64,000 bases of DNA from Octopus bimaculoides (taxonomy: Eukaryota), in the NCBI RefSeq assembly GCF_001194135.2, contig NC_068982.1, positions 188,420,509 to 188,484,508 of the forward strand. Direction: 5' to 3'. Below are positions 52,364 to 64,000 of this stretch, piece after piece. Each line of letters begins with the position of its first letter. Positions within the stretch are counted from its first letter, which is position 1. The notes beneath the pieces are model-generated. The model searched no databases. It saw only the letters and a program-made list of their open reading frames with translations, and was not told the DNA's origin. The position numbers and the translations under genes were made by a program.

Positions 52364-52826
52364 TTAAATTGTTGTAATATCCCAAGTCAGCCCCTGATCA
52401 GTTAGGCCTAAGGCATTCTAGCCATGACTATCTCTCCTTTCTCTCTTTCAGATATAATGTATTGAGGACAATAACACTGATTATTTCCTTGTTTTATTTT
52501 CAAGGCTGGTCTTTTAAGCAGATGGCAATTTCTCTGCTATTTCTAGCAGACTGCCACATGCAGGCCTCCTAATTGGCTCCCTTAATTAATGCAGATGTCA
52601 GGAGAGTCCTGTCTTATCATTAAGATTTTATTTCATTGAACTCAAATACCACCCCTCTCTAATTGCTCGCACCACCACCATCTCAGTTCTTCACCACCAC
52701 CCCGTTTCTCTTCCTCCACCCACACACCCCAGTCATTCAGTACTTCCTCTTTCACTTGACTTTTAAATTCTTTCTTTGGTTCCATACCATTTCTATTCTT
52801 GTTCCTTTAATTGTTTTCTCAATTTC

Positions 52827-52862
<36 letters not shown>

Positions 52863-53350
52863 GGGCACAGGCATGGCCATGTGGTAAGTAGCTTGCTTCC
52901 CAACCACATGGTTCCGGGTTCATTCCCACTGCATGGCACCTTGGGCAAGTGTCTTCTACTATAGCTTTGGACTGACCAAAGCCTTGTGAGTGGATTTGGT
53001 AGACGGAAACTGAAAGAAGCCCGCCGTATATATGTATATATGTATGTGTGTGTGTGTGTGTGTGTGTGTATTTGTGTATATGTTTGTGTGTCTGTATTTG
53101 TCCCCCCACCATCACTTGACAACTAATGTTGGTGTGTTTATGTCCCCGTAAATTAGCGGTTCGGCAAAAGAGAGCGTTAGGATAAATACTAGGCTTACAA
53201 AGAATAAGCCATGGGGTCGATTTATTCAACTAAAGACAGTGCTGCAGCATGGCCGCAGTCAAGTGATTGAAACAAGTTAAAGAACAAAACAAAAAAACAA
53301 AAGAATACAACTACACTCTATCTTCTAACAAATACACACACACTTTTACA

Positions 53351-53398
<48 letters not shown>

Positions 53399-54565
53399 TT
53401 CTCACTCCCTGCCATTACATTGACCCCAGTGCACCACTGGTACTTATTTCATCGACCACCAAAAGGATGAAAGTTTCCATAAACCAAACCCCCTCACAAA
53501 GCTTCGGTCAGTCCGAGTCTATAGAAGACGACATTTGCCCAAAGTGCCGTGCCGTGGGATTGAACCTGGAACCATGTGGTTGGGAAACAAAGTTTCTACC
53601 ACTCAGCCACACCTGGCCCTATGTACTTCATATTTATTCTTTAGCTAATACTAAATTACATTATACCATACATGATTACAACAGCAACAATCTTTTAATC
53701 AGGCCTTTGTGCTTTTATACAGGTGTGGCAGCATTTCCATTCCATTGTTTTGATGCCTTTGTCTTTAATTGACATTAATGGAAATCGTTTTCTTAAGCAA
53801 AGATCCATTCACCAGTGTTCAATAATCACTATATTGATTGCTTACATCTACACAAAAGTTTCCGATCCAATCAACTAGTACCAGTGTATTACTGGTACTA
53901 GTTTGTGAAGGGTGGATTGGGGGGGACAGGTGCTTCAGTGGAAATGAATAATCACCCAAAACTCTACCTCCTTGGGCCTCACGGAGGCAACGGCCAAGAC
54001 CTTTGGCATTACGTCAATTCATAACTATATAGATAGATAGATAGATAGATATGTGTGTGTGCATGCATATATATACATATATATATGTGTGTATGTATAT
54101 ATATATNNNNNNNNNNNNNNNNNNNNNNNNNNNNNNNNNNNNNNNNNNNNNNNNNNNNNNNNNNNNNNNNNNNNNNNNNNNNNNNNNNNNNNNNNNNNNN
54201 NNNNNNNNNNNNNNNNNNNNNNNNNNNNNNNNNNNNNNNNNNNNNNNNNNNNNNNNNNNNNNNNNNNNNNNNNNNNNNNNNNNNNNNNNNNNNNNNNNNN
54301 NNNNNNNNNNNNNNNNNNNNNNNNNNNNNNNNNNNNNNNNNNNNNNNNNNNNNNNNNNNNNNNNNNNNNNNNNNNNNNNNNNNNNNNNNNNNNNNNNNNN
54401 NNNNNNNNNNNNNNNNNNNNNNNNNNNNNNNNNNNNNNNNNNNNNNNNNNNNNNNNNNNNNNNNNNNNNNNNNNNNNNNNNNNNNNNNNNNNNNNNNNNN
54501 NNNNNNNNNNNNNNNNNNNNNNNNNNNNNNNNNNNNNNNNNNNNNNNNNNNNNNNNNNNNNNNNN

Positions 54566-54598
<33 letters not shown>

Positions 54599-54819
54599 CT
54601 TTGTGTGTCTGTGTTTGTCCTTCTGCCATCGCTTGACAACCGATGCTGGTTTGTTTATGTCCCTGTAACTTAGCAGTTCAGCAAAAGTTAACTCATTGAA
54701 TGAGTACTAGGCTTACAAAGAATAAGTCCTGGGATCGATTTGGTTGACTAAAGGTGGTGCTCCAGCATGGCCGCAGTCAAATGACTAAAACAAATTAAAG
54801 AATAAAAGAATATATATAA

Positions 54820-54850
<31 letters not shown>

Positions 54851-55194
54851 GATACACATATATGTGTGTGCATGGTCGCATCTCAGTCATAAGTTTCCTT
54901 TTGGTCTTGGTTCCTTTGGCAAGATGCCTTTCCTATCACTAAACCACTTAACAGTGTGTGTGTGTGTGTGTGTGTGTAGGTAGATATATCTGCTATCAAA
55001 AGTGCAACTGTGGCCTCCTTAATAGATTCTCATCCCTCTATAGGATGGGAGGTGATTAAAATGAACTCCATCGCTATCTCAGCTTCTACGTGCACATTAC
55101 GTCACTGCAATTTATATACATTGGGTTATATATGAAGACTCATATACACACACAATGAGTACAGAATTTAAAACAAGACTGTCATTAAAAATAG

Positions 55195-55261
<67 letters not shown>

Positions 55262-56059
55262 CTCTCTCTCTTTTATTTCAGTATCACTAATTGCTCCCCC
55301 TCCTCTTTCTTTCTCTTTTCATAGCCTTCCTCTTTCTTTTTTTTTCTTTCTGTTTCTTGTCTCCTCGTTAGTAACTTCCAGAATGTCTTTCTTACATCTA
55401 CCCTCGTTATCTTATTTCATTATCAACAATGCCTTTTATTTCAATATCCTACACTGAATGTCTCCATTACAAATGACACCAATCATGTTTTGTTTCATCT
55501 TTTCTAGTCTTTAACTCATTCCATTCACTGGACTGTGGCCATGCTGGGGCAGCACCTTGAAGGGTTTTATCCAACAACTTGATCTCAGGACTTATAATTT
55601 TCTTTTTTTTTTTTTAAGTCTCGTGGTACTTATCCTACCAGACTCTTTGGCTGAACCAGTAAGTTACAGGGACGTAAACAAACAGTCCCCCAACAGCGGA
55701 GGACAAACTCAGGCACACACGCACACACATGCAACCGCACACATATGTACATAATGGCTTCCACACAGTTTTCTCTGACCCAAATCCACTCATAAGGCAT
55801 AGGCTGGCCTAGGGCTGTAGAAGAAGACACTTGCCCCAAAGTGCCATGTGGTGGGATTGACCTCAAAAGCACTTGGCATGTGTGCGTGTGTTTTATGAAG
55901 AATTGAACTTTTGAAATCCTGCTAAGGTGGACTTAGCCATTCATCCCTTTAAATATGAAGGAGTTTTTAAGCTCTTATATGTTCTGCAGCAATTCTAAGT
56001 GCTACAGCTGGCTTTGCTCTGTTTTCATGATGTAAAGTGAAGTGAGATATGTCCTCCCC

Positions 56060-56390
56060 TGGTTAAAACCAGTCTATCACAGTGATTAGAGTATTTGGCT
56101 CACGATCATAAGGTCCTGAGTTCAATTCCTGGCAACGCATTGTCTCCTTGAGCAAGACACTTTATTTCACGTTGCTCCAGTCCACTCAGCTGGCAAAACT
56201 GATTTGTACCTGTAATTCAAATCGACCAGCCTTGTCACATTCAGTGTGTCGCTGACTCTCCTTGAGACCTATGTTAAGGGTATATGTGCCTGTGGAGTGC
56301 TCAGCCATTTGCACGTTAATTTCACAAGCAGGCTGTTCCAGTGATCGGATCAACTGGAACACTCGTCGCCATAACCAACGTAGTGCCAAC
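56060..56390 (+). mobile_element. Chimeric SINE: family-G head/CORE-like domain fused to the family-B body and tail
   Basis: Same architecture at 31330-31594(-), 35000-35260(-) and 37960-38240(-). Confidence 0.75.
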
Positions 56391-56441
56391 TTTTTGTTTT
56401 TACACATATATACATATATATACATGTGTGTGTGTAGATAT

Positions 56442-57447
56442 ATACAGGATGTGATGGGTAAATTGTCGCCATTTTATATTTTTAATTTCGTGCATATGTA
56501 TTGTTTGTTTTTGCTCTTGTCAACTACACAGTATAGTAGGGTCAGTTGGTCACTGTCTGTGAGAAAAACAGCACCATGATGCAATTCACTCTGCCAGATA
56601 TTTGGAAACAACATACTGTACTGCTTGGAATTCATGTCAGAAGCTCCAACATGAACATTTCAAAGTGTTTGGCTGTCAATCTGAGGACAGTGCAATCTGA
56701 GGACAGTGCAATCTGAGGACAGTGCAATCTGAGGACAGTGCAACCTGAGGACAGTGCAACCTGAGGACAGTGCAATCTGAGGACAGTGCAATCTGAGGAC
56801 AGTGCAATCTGAGGACAGTGCAATCTGAGGACAGTGCAATCTGAGGACATGTACTGAGACTGATAAAATCAGACATCCAGTCAACATCATGGTGTTTGGA
56901 GTGATCACTGGTGATGGCGACGTTATGCCTCCATTCATCTTCCAACATGGCCTCAGAATGGAGGCCTACATCAAGTGCCTGGAGGTAGTGCTGCCTTGGA
57001 TCAAAAGGATGGCTGCTGGAAGACCCTATGTCTGGCAACAGGACTCTGCACCAGGCCACAGAAGCAGGAGAACCCAGTCATGGCTGTCAGACAATGTCTG
57101 TGACCATGTCACCCCTAACATCTGGCCACATAACTCCCCAGACTGCAACCCCCTTTGTCATTATGCATGGGGCACAGTTGAATGAGGGACCAACAAAACA
57201 CCTTGTAACACCAAAGATGAACTGAAGGCAAGGATTATGGCAGCATTCACCAACTTAAACAAGGAGATTCCAAAGTTGCCTGGAGGCCGTCGTTGAGGCC
57301 AATGGCGATTTTATTGAATAAATTTACTCTTTAGTATTTCAGGATGTTTTTATGTAATTTTGGTAAATATATCTTAAAATTCGACGTCAGTGTTATTTTC
57401 ATTTTTGCATAATTTAGACGACGGTTTATTCACTGCACCAAATGTAC
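56442..57447 (+). mobile_element. Tc1/mariner DD37D (maT-family) transposon relic, internally deleted
   Basis: 56889-57270 reads MVFGVITGDG...WQQDSAPGH...WPHNSPDCNPL[C]HYAWG with 37 residues between the second Asp and the position of the third (now Cys); stop at 57183-57185. The TA-flanked termini are only weakly complementary. Confidence 0.8.
56676..56849 (+). repeat. Minisatellite, 16-bp unit CAATCTGAGGACAGTG x11
   Basis: CTGAGGACA recurs every 16 bp from 56681 to 56841; two adjacent units carry a CAACC variant. Confidence 0.97.
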
Positions 57448-57605
57448 ATATTAGTCCCACCCCTCCTTTCTTCGTACACTTACTTAAAGCTGTATTTATG
57501 TTTTGACGTCATTAAATGACATTGACATTTTCACCATACACATTAATGTCCTTCTTAAGCCTGAATCTTCTATTAATAAAATTGCTTGTTTGACCAAGAC
57601 TTTGA

Positions 57606-57650
57606 TGATGATGGTGATGGTGGTGGTGGTGGTGATGATGATGATAGTGG

Positions 57651-57687
<37 letters not shown>

Positions 57688-57810
57688 AGTGGTGATGGTG
57701 ATGATGATGATGATGATAGTGGTGGTGATGATGATAGTGGTGATGATAGTGGTGATGATAGTGGTGATGGTGATGGTGATGGTGATGATGATGGTGGTGG
57801 TGGTGGTGAT
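57606..57810 (+). repeat. Compound (GAT/GGT/AGT)n trinucleotide repeat
   Basis: Direct reading. Confidence 0.95.
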
Positions 57811-58674
57811 TTAAAGGAGATTGATGCTGATAACAGTATCTTTACTGATGATCTTTCAGTGTCTCAGTCTCGGTGGTCCTTAATCGCCTACTTTGGGTCA
57901 TTTGCAATAAAAGCTGCGATTATTGACATGGAAACCAGCCATCTCAACAGGTACATGCAATATTTGAAATTAAAACCTACACTAACGACCACAAATAATC
58001 ATTACCTGAGGAAATTAACAAATTTCCTGTAATTACAATTTTATAAATATCCATCTAAATTAAGACGAATCATTTCACTCATTCTACCATTCCGTATTCA
58101 GTTTTGAAGGATTTGCTTTGTTGATTTGGTTAGAACTTAACCTCTGTCCAAAAATGTGCTGCTGCTGCTGCCGCTGCTACAGTTCCTGTGAAAATTTTCA
58201 TGTGTGTCTGTGTGTGTCTGTGTGTGTCTTAGTTTTTGCTGTGTTTCAGTCATTAGACTGCGACCAAGCTGGGGCACATCCTTGAAAAAGCCTTAGTCAA
58301 ATGAATTGACCCCCCCCCCCACCTGGTACCTATTTTGTTTTCAAGCCTGTTAATGTGGTTCAACAAAGGAAGCTGATAGAATAAAGTAACAGGCTTGAAA
58401 GCAAAATAGGTACCAGGTTGGGATTGGGGGGAGGGGGTCAATTTCATTTGACTAAGGCTTTTTCAAAGATGTGCCCCAGCATGGTCACAGTCTAACGACT
58501 GAAACAAAGTAGAAAGTAAGGCACATACATACACATTGAGACACACAGGCACATACATACACTCGTGTGAAAATTTTCACAGGAGCTGTAGCAGCAGCAG
58601 CTACTATTGGGGACATAAATACTCCAACACCGGTTGTCAAGCAGCAGTAGAGGCCTCACTCAGGTACAAAGGCA

Positions 58675-58716
<42 letters not shown>

Positions 58717-59820
58717 ATGGGCTTCTTTTCAGTTTCCATCTACCAAGTTTACTCAGAAGGCTTTGGTCGGCCCCACAGGATATGATTGAAGACACTTGCT
58801 CAAGGTACCACACAGAGGAAATGATCCAGGAACCATGTGGTTGGGAAGTAAATTTCTGCAGCATACCTGTCATGCCTGCTTGGATTATCTCAGGGCTAAA
58901 CATAAACGGCCCAGAAAGGATGAAGCAAGCAGCCATGATGCATGCGCAAAACACAGCAGCCCTAACTGAAAGTCATGAAAGGCATAGAAGGAGCCCGACT
59001 CTTCCTCTTCCCTTTTGGGCAGTCAGTTCACCAACTGCCCACTGCTAGGACTTCTAGCTCCCTTTCTTTTCCTCGGTGTCCTACATGTGGTGTTGTGATG
59101 CCTCTCTCACACTTGTCTTGTCTTAATGCTGTCTCAGAGTTTTATGGCCTTTATTTTGCATGTATATTCACACAAACTCCTTGTGCCTTCTTTGTTTTCG
59201 TCACCATTCTTTATGTTCACTCATTTATTCCTAACAGCTTTTTGCTGTTGATGCCATCAAAATTAACATCAACATCAAAATCAAATCAAATCAAATCACA
59301 ATCAAAAATGGAAATTGTAGTTGTGATTCCCATGCTGGTGTCACATAAAAAGCACCATTTGAACGTGGCTGATGCCAGCCCCTTCTGGCCCCTGTGCCGG
59401 TGGCACGTAAAAAGGACCCACTACACTCTTGGAGTGTTTGGTGTTAGGAAGGGCATTCATCTGTAGAAACCTTGCCAGATCAGACTGGAGCCTGGTGCAG
59501 CCTCCTGACTTCCCAGACCCCAGTCAAACCGTCCAACCCATGCCAGCATGGAAAACGGACGTTAAACGATGATGATGATGATTATTGTTAAAGGTATGAA
59601 ATTGTTAGATTTTCAGACAATAGCTGACAAAGAAAAAGCTTGTCTACATCTTGTGTGTGAATTTCTTGCGTTCCTTTCCCTATATGTGTGTGTAAGTGTG
59701 TGTTTGTGTATAAAGGCAAACTTAATACATTCTTTGTGCATGTCCTCTTGTTGTCTGTCAATTTTATTATTTGTTTATTTGAATTGACTATATATATACA
59801 TATGTATATGTATATATATA

Positions 59821-59853
<33 letters not shown>

Positions 59854-61379
59854 TTTTTTTTTTTTTTCTCTTTATATTATAACGTCATATATCAAAATAT
59901 AAAACCAGCTGGTGCGTCTCATTTATGGAAGTTTTAGCCTTTGTAATATTAGTTTACAGTATCAAATGCTTGTGCCTCTCTGCAAATAACACCCAGTAAC
60001 TTAACCCTTCATTGTGGTTGATGTTTAGGTGTTTGATTTTCTAGATTACTCTCTGAAAATGAGGGCAAGGTTGAAATTTTGCACATCTGACCTGACACAT
60101 GACACCCTCAGGCATTGTGATTGGCTTTCATGTTGTGACATCAATACTAGCATTTCCTTATATTCCATACACTTATTTTGGGTTTTCCTGTCAAAATTAG
60201 GGTGTTTAGTTGCTTTTCATTTCTAATTGTTGAGATGTTAGCGTCTGGCTATCAAAACAGAGAAGAAGGAAGACCGAGCTAATTGTTGTTTCAAAAACCC
60301 TCCAGTCCTCTGTGTAAAACATGTGCAATTTCTAGGTCAATGGGGGAAGAGCAGAGATACAAAAGAAGGAACAGCACAGGCATGACCGTGTAGTTAAGAC
60401 GTTTACTTCACAACCACATGGTACTGAGTTCAGTCACACTGCAGCACACTTTGGGTTTCTTCTATAACTATGGGCCAACCAAAACCTTGTGAGTGAATCC
60501 ACTCACAAGGTTTTAGTTGGCCCATAGTGGGTGCTTTTTACGTACCACCAGCACAAGGGCCAGTCAGGTGGTTCTGGCAACTACCACACTCAAAAAGTGT
60601 TTTTTTACGTGCAGCCTGCATGGGAGCCAGTCTGGCAGCACTGGCAACAACCATGCTCGAATGTTGTTTTTTACGTGCCGGTAAGGCGACACTGGCAATG
60701 ATCATGCTCGAATGGTGTTTTTCACATGTCACCGATACAGGAGCCAATCCATGGCCCTGGCAACGATCACGTTTGGATGATGCTTTTAACTTTCCATTGG
60801 TATGAGTGCCAATCAGGCGGTACTGTCATCGGCCACATCAGCGATTTTGATTTTGATTTCACTTGCCTCAATAGGTCTTTGGAAGCAAACTTTATTGTCT
60901 AATGAATGAGGGGTATTCATAAATGGGCTGGTTACACCCACTGGCATAGGCCACGGGCTATGGTCTTACTTGGTTTGTCGAGTCTCCTCAAGCACAGCAT
61001 ATCTCCAAAGGTCTCAGTCATAACAGTTGTAAACGAGTGTCACTGTCATAGATGCAGTGCCGTTTATTTCCAATCTTCTGCAAAAACATGTCTGGCCATG
61101 AGGAAATATTACCATTCTTGGAAACGGGTGAGAGTTGGTGACAGGAAAAGCATCCAGCCTTTGAAAATCTGCCTCAATAAACTCAGTATGACCCATATGA
61201 GCATGGAAAAAGTGGACATTAAAATGGTGATGATGATGAAAATGGAATAAGAAATATGTGAAAATATAAAAATCCTGTCTCCTCAGACCATTAAGTTTTT
61301 TTTTTTTTTTTTATTTGAAATGTCCCAGCAATTCATTTGTTGACATCTTCTGCTAATCATGCTGATTGCCATTATATGT

Positions 61380-61700
61380 TCCAAGTCATGACTCCATATT
61401 TTATGGTTGTTGTTGTCCTCGTCGTATATCGTCATTACGACTACCACCACTGTCCTCCACCTCCTCCTCTTCATCATCATCATCATCATCATCATCCTAA
61501 TCATTGTCAGTACGAGCAGTATTCATTGTCAGTATCATTTTCATCATTGCTGTCATCACCACCACCACCACCACCACCACCATTATCATCACCACCCCCA
61601 TCATCATTATCATCATCACTGCCCCCCCCCCTTATCAGCATTACTACCGCGACCATCACCGCCAGCTATTTTACCATGAATATCATCATTATTTGCCTAA
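61380..61700 (+). repeat. Compound (CAT/CAC)n low-complexity repeat
   Basis: Direct reading. Confidence 0.85.
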
Positions 61701-62501
61701 CTCCATCAGTTGAAAGGTTCATTAATTTAATGCAGTATCTAATTGAACTCGTTAATTCCCAATCATGTTCAATATACTTCAGCTAATGGTTTACCTTCCA
61801 TCATCAGCTCATAGCTCTTGGGGCAGATTGCATAACAAAACACACCCTGAGCATGAAGCAGTGAACAGTATGACCCCACAGTACACCAAAGTCCAACATG
61901 TCTGCCGCGAACAACTTGTCAGCTGTCCAAAAACTCAGTTTGCTACTCCCATGCTATAAGATGGCTTATGTAGAGGTAACTGGAAGTTATTTGATAGTCT
62001 TAAAAGGGTAGGGTTTTATATACATAATATAATGAGACGGGTGACATGATATGCTTGAGAAGACCTGTTCAGTCAAGTAAAACCGATATCATAGCTGTGA
62101 CCAGTGCCCCCTGATTGGCTCCCGTGCCGGTGACTGGCTCTTGTGCCAGTGGCACATAAAAAGCACCATCCAAATGTGATCGATGCCAGTGCCCCCTGGC
62201 CGGCTCCTGTGCTGGTGGCACGAAAAAAACCAACCAATCGTGGCCAATGCCAATACCCCCTGACTGGCTCTTGTGCCAGTGGCATGTAAAAAGCACCATC
62301 TGAATGTGGTAGATGCCAGGCCTGCGTGACTAGCTCCTGTGCTAGTGGCACGTAAATAGCAAATTTTACCCAGGATTGTGGTCATTGCTCAAGTGTCTAA
62401 TTTGCTTGATTACTCCCTGGAAGTGGGGTGGGGTTGAAATTTTGCCTATCTGACCTGAAATGTGAGATCCTCAACTTCTCACCTTGTGGCATTAATTAGT
62501 T

Positions 62502-62546
<45 letters not shown>

Positions 62547-63409
62547 ATACCTTTGTTAGGTTTTGCTGTCAAAATAGAGCATTTCATTCTAGTTGCTGTA
62601 ATTGTAATTTATGTTTTGGATTTATGAGAAAATTTTCTTTCTTGTTCCTCATTTAACCCAACTCTATCCACAAAACACCACAAAGTCATCATCCACTGAA
62701 TGACAAAGTGCCCACCACAACAGAATCAAATCAATACAGATTATTAGACTTGTCTAATCACTTTGATTAACTTCAATTATTCTCTGAACAAACATGGCAT
62801 CAAACCAATGTCTGTTTGATTGACTAAAATTAATTATATGGATTATCTGGTTAAAATCTAATGATTTAGAGTTGAATAATCTCTCGTGATATGCCCCAGT
62901 TTAGGGAACTACTAACAGTGCATTGAAAACACAGACATCATCTGGCGCTGAACCAATTTGAAGACAGGACATGTGATTATCATTTAGTTGTTGCACTATA
63001 TAATTAATGAACTGCTCATTAGCTACAAGTCCTTATTTTAGTTTTTGCCAAAACTAATCCTCATCATTATGATCATTGTTTAGTGTCTGTTTTCCAGGCT
63101 GGCATGGGTTGGACAGTTTGACAAGAACTGACAAGCCAGAGAACTACACAGAAGACCAATACCTGCTTTGGCATGGTTTCTACAGCTGGATGCCCTTCCT
63201 AATGTCAGTCACATTACTGAATGTACTGGCTACTTAAGCACTGGTGATGGTGCCACATAAAAAGCAGCCAATACACTTTGGAAAGTGGTTGGCAGCAGGA
63301 AAGGCATCCAAATGTAGAAACCATGCCAAAATAGAGAATGGAGCTTGATGTGGTTCCTGGCTTTTTTGCCTGGTGAGAAGAGGTTAAACTATGATAGAGG
63401 AACAAGAAC

Positions 63410-63670
63410 AGGTATAGTTCTATATTTAAAAGATGAGGAATTCTGTACATTATTTACATTTGATGGACATTTGTTCTCATCTTGTTTGTTGTTAACACAA
63501 CGTTTCGGCTGATATACCCTCCAGCCTTCATCAGGTGTCTTGGGGAAATCTCTCATTCCTAAGGTATTTTTCAATGTTAGTATTTTTAGTGTTCAAGTCA
63601 CTGCCTGGAATCGAACTCGGAATCTTGGGGTTAGTAGCCTGTGCTCTTAACCACTATGTCATATGTCCAC
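63410..63670 (-). mobile_element. SINE family D copy with the best-preserved hammerhead-like motif
   Basis: tRNA-like head (TGGCATAGTGG, GAGTTCGATTCC), spacer, motif at 63494-63539, AT-rich tail. Confidence 0.88.
63494..63539 (-). ncRNA. Candidate minimal type-I hammerhead ribozyme (Penelope-type, predicted to act as a dimer)
   Basis: RNA GACAC-CUGAUGA-A-GGCUG(GAGGGUAUAU)CAGCC-GAAA-CG-UU^GUGUU. Stem I GACAC/GUGUU (4 WC plus 1 GU), 5-bp stem II, invariant core, palindromic ACGU in place of stem III. Activity is not shown. Confidence 0.62.
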
Positions 63671-63777
63671 GGGCATATGGCATAGTGGTTAAGAGCACGA
63701 GCTACTAACCCCAAGATTCTGAGTTCGATTCCAAGCAATGACCTGAACACTAATAATAATGATAATAATAATAATAA

Positions 63778-63868
63778 CTAGCAGAAATACCCGGCGTTGC
63801 CCGGGTTAAAGAGAATAATGAAATCTAAAAACACCATCTAGACTACGCATCATCTTTATATATAGAGA
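63778..63868 (-). mobile_element. 91-bp non-autonomous Helitron
   Basis: The minus strand reads A|TCTCTATATATAAAG...CCCGG-GCAACG-CCGGG-TATTTCTG-CTAG|T: 5' TC, subterminal GC hairpin, 3' CTAG, A|T target, no TSD. Confidence 0.8.
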
Positions 63869-64000
63869 TGTATATACACACACACCCAAACACACGTATA
63901 TATATGTATATCAATATAAATATATGAAAGTCAATGAAGTTTCATAAAAGGTGATCATGTACATACTTTCTTGCTGTTGTGATTATAACACCTCGTTGTA

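Noticed and set aside
56676-56849. CRISPR-like regular repeat
   Set aside because: The units are contiguous 16-mers with no unique spacers, there are no cas genes, and the context is eukaryotic; it is a minisatellite.
57586-58032. 148-aa acidic ORF as an alternative RCAN first exon (D/G-rich, then WSLIAY...)
   Set aside because: The acidic part is a GAT/GGT microsatellite, and the only plausible donor (AACAG|GTACAT) is phase 2, incompatible with the phase-0 exon-1 junction.
63671-63740. tRNA gene (also at 12790-12860, 21434-21510, 34030-34106)
   Set aside because: A and B boxes are present but I could not build a convincing acceptor stem, and each continues into a SINE body; these are SINE heads.

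Overview
Eukaryotic, AT-rich, repeat-dense scaffold window with about 4.1 kb of N gaps. The SINE families, microsatellites and intron sizes suggest an octopus (coleoid cephalopod) genome; this is an inference. Three protein-coding genes are supported by spliced exons. (1) The first exon of a MAIP1/C2orf47 homolog lies on the minus strand (807-343). (2) Five exons of TYW5, the JmjC tRNA-wybutosine hydroxylase, lie on the plus strand (1080-9005); they were missed by the ORF track, and the 3' exons were not found and probably lie in gaps. MAIP1 and TYW5 are head-to-head with 272 bp between their ATGs. (3) The first coding exon of an RCAN/calcipressin gene (25478-25927) has a long low-complexity N-terminus, and no second exon was found in the remaining 38 kb. 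The rest of the window is tRNA-derived SINEs of several modular families, RTE-type LINE fragments, a DD37D maT/mariner relic, MITE-like foldbacks, a hAT/Charlie-like MITE, a 91-bp mini-Helitron and microsatellites. The most notable signal is a tRNA-headed SINE family (called family D here) with five copies carrying a Penelope-type minimal hammerhead-ribozyme motif (stem I, CUGANGA, stem II, GAAA, palindromic ACGU, U cleavage site). All five are antisense to the inferred host genes, and two family-D loci show snap-back inversions. Also notable is an inverted near-identical copy of the TYW5 exon-3 acceptor and the start of that exon inside intron 1. Family labels A-G are my own working names. 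No databases were searched; homology calls rest on recalled family motifs.
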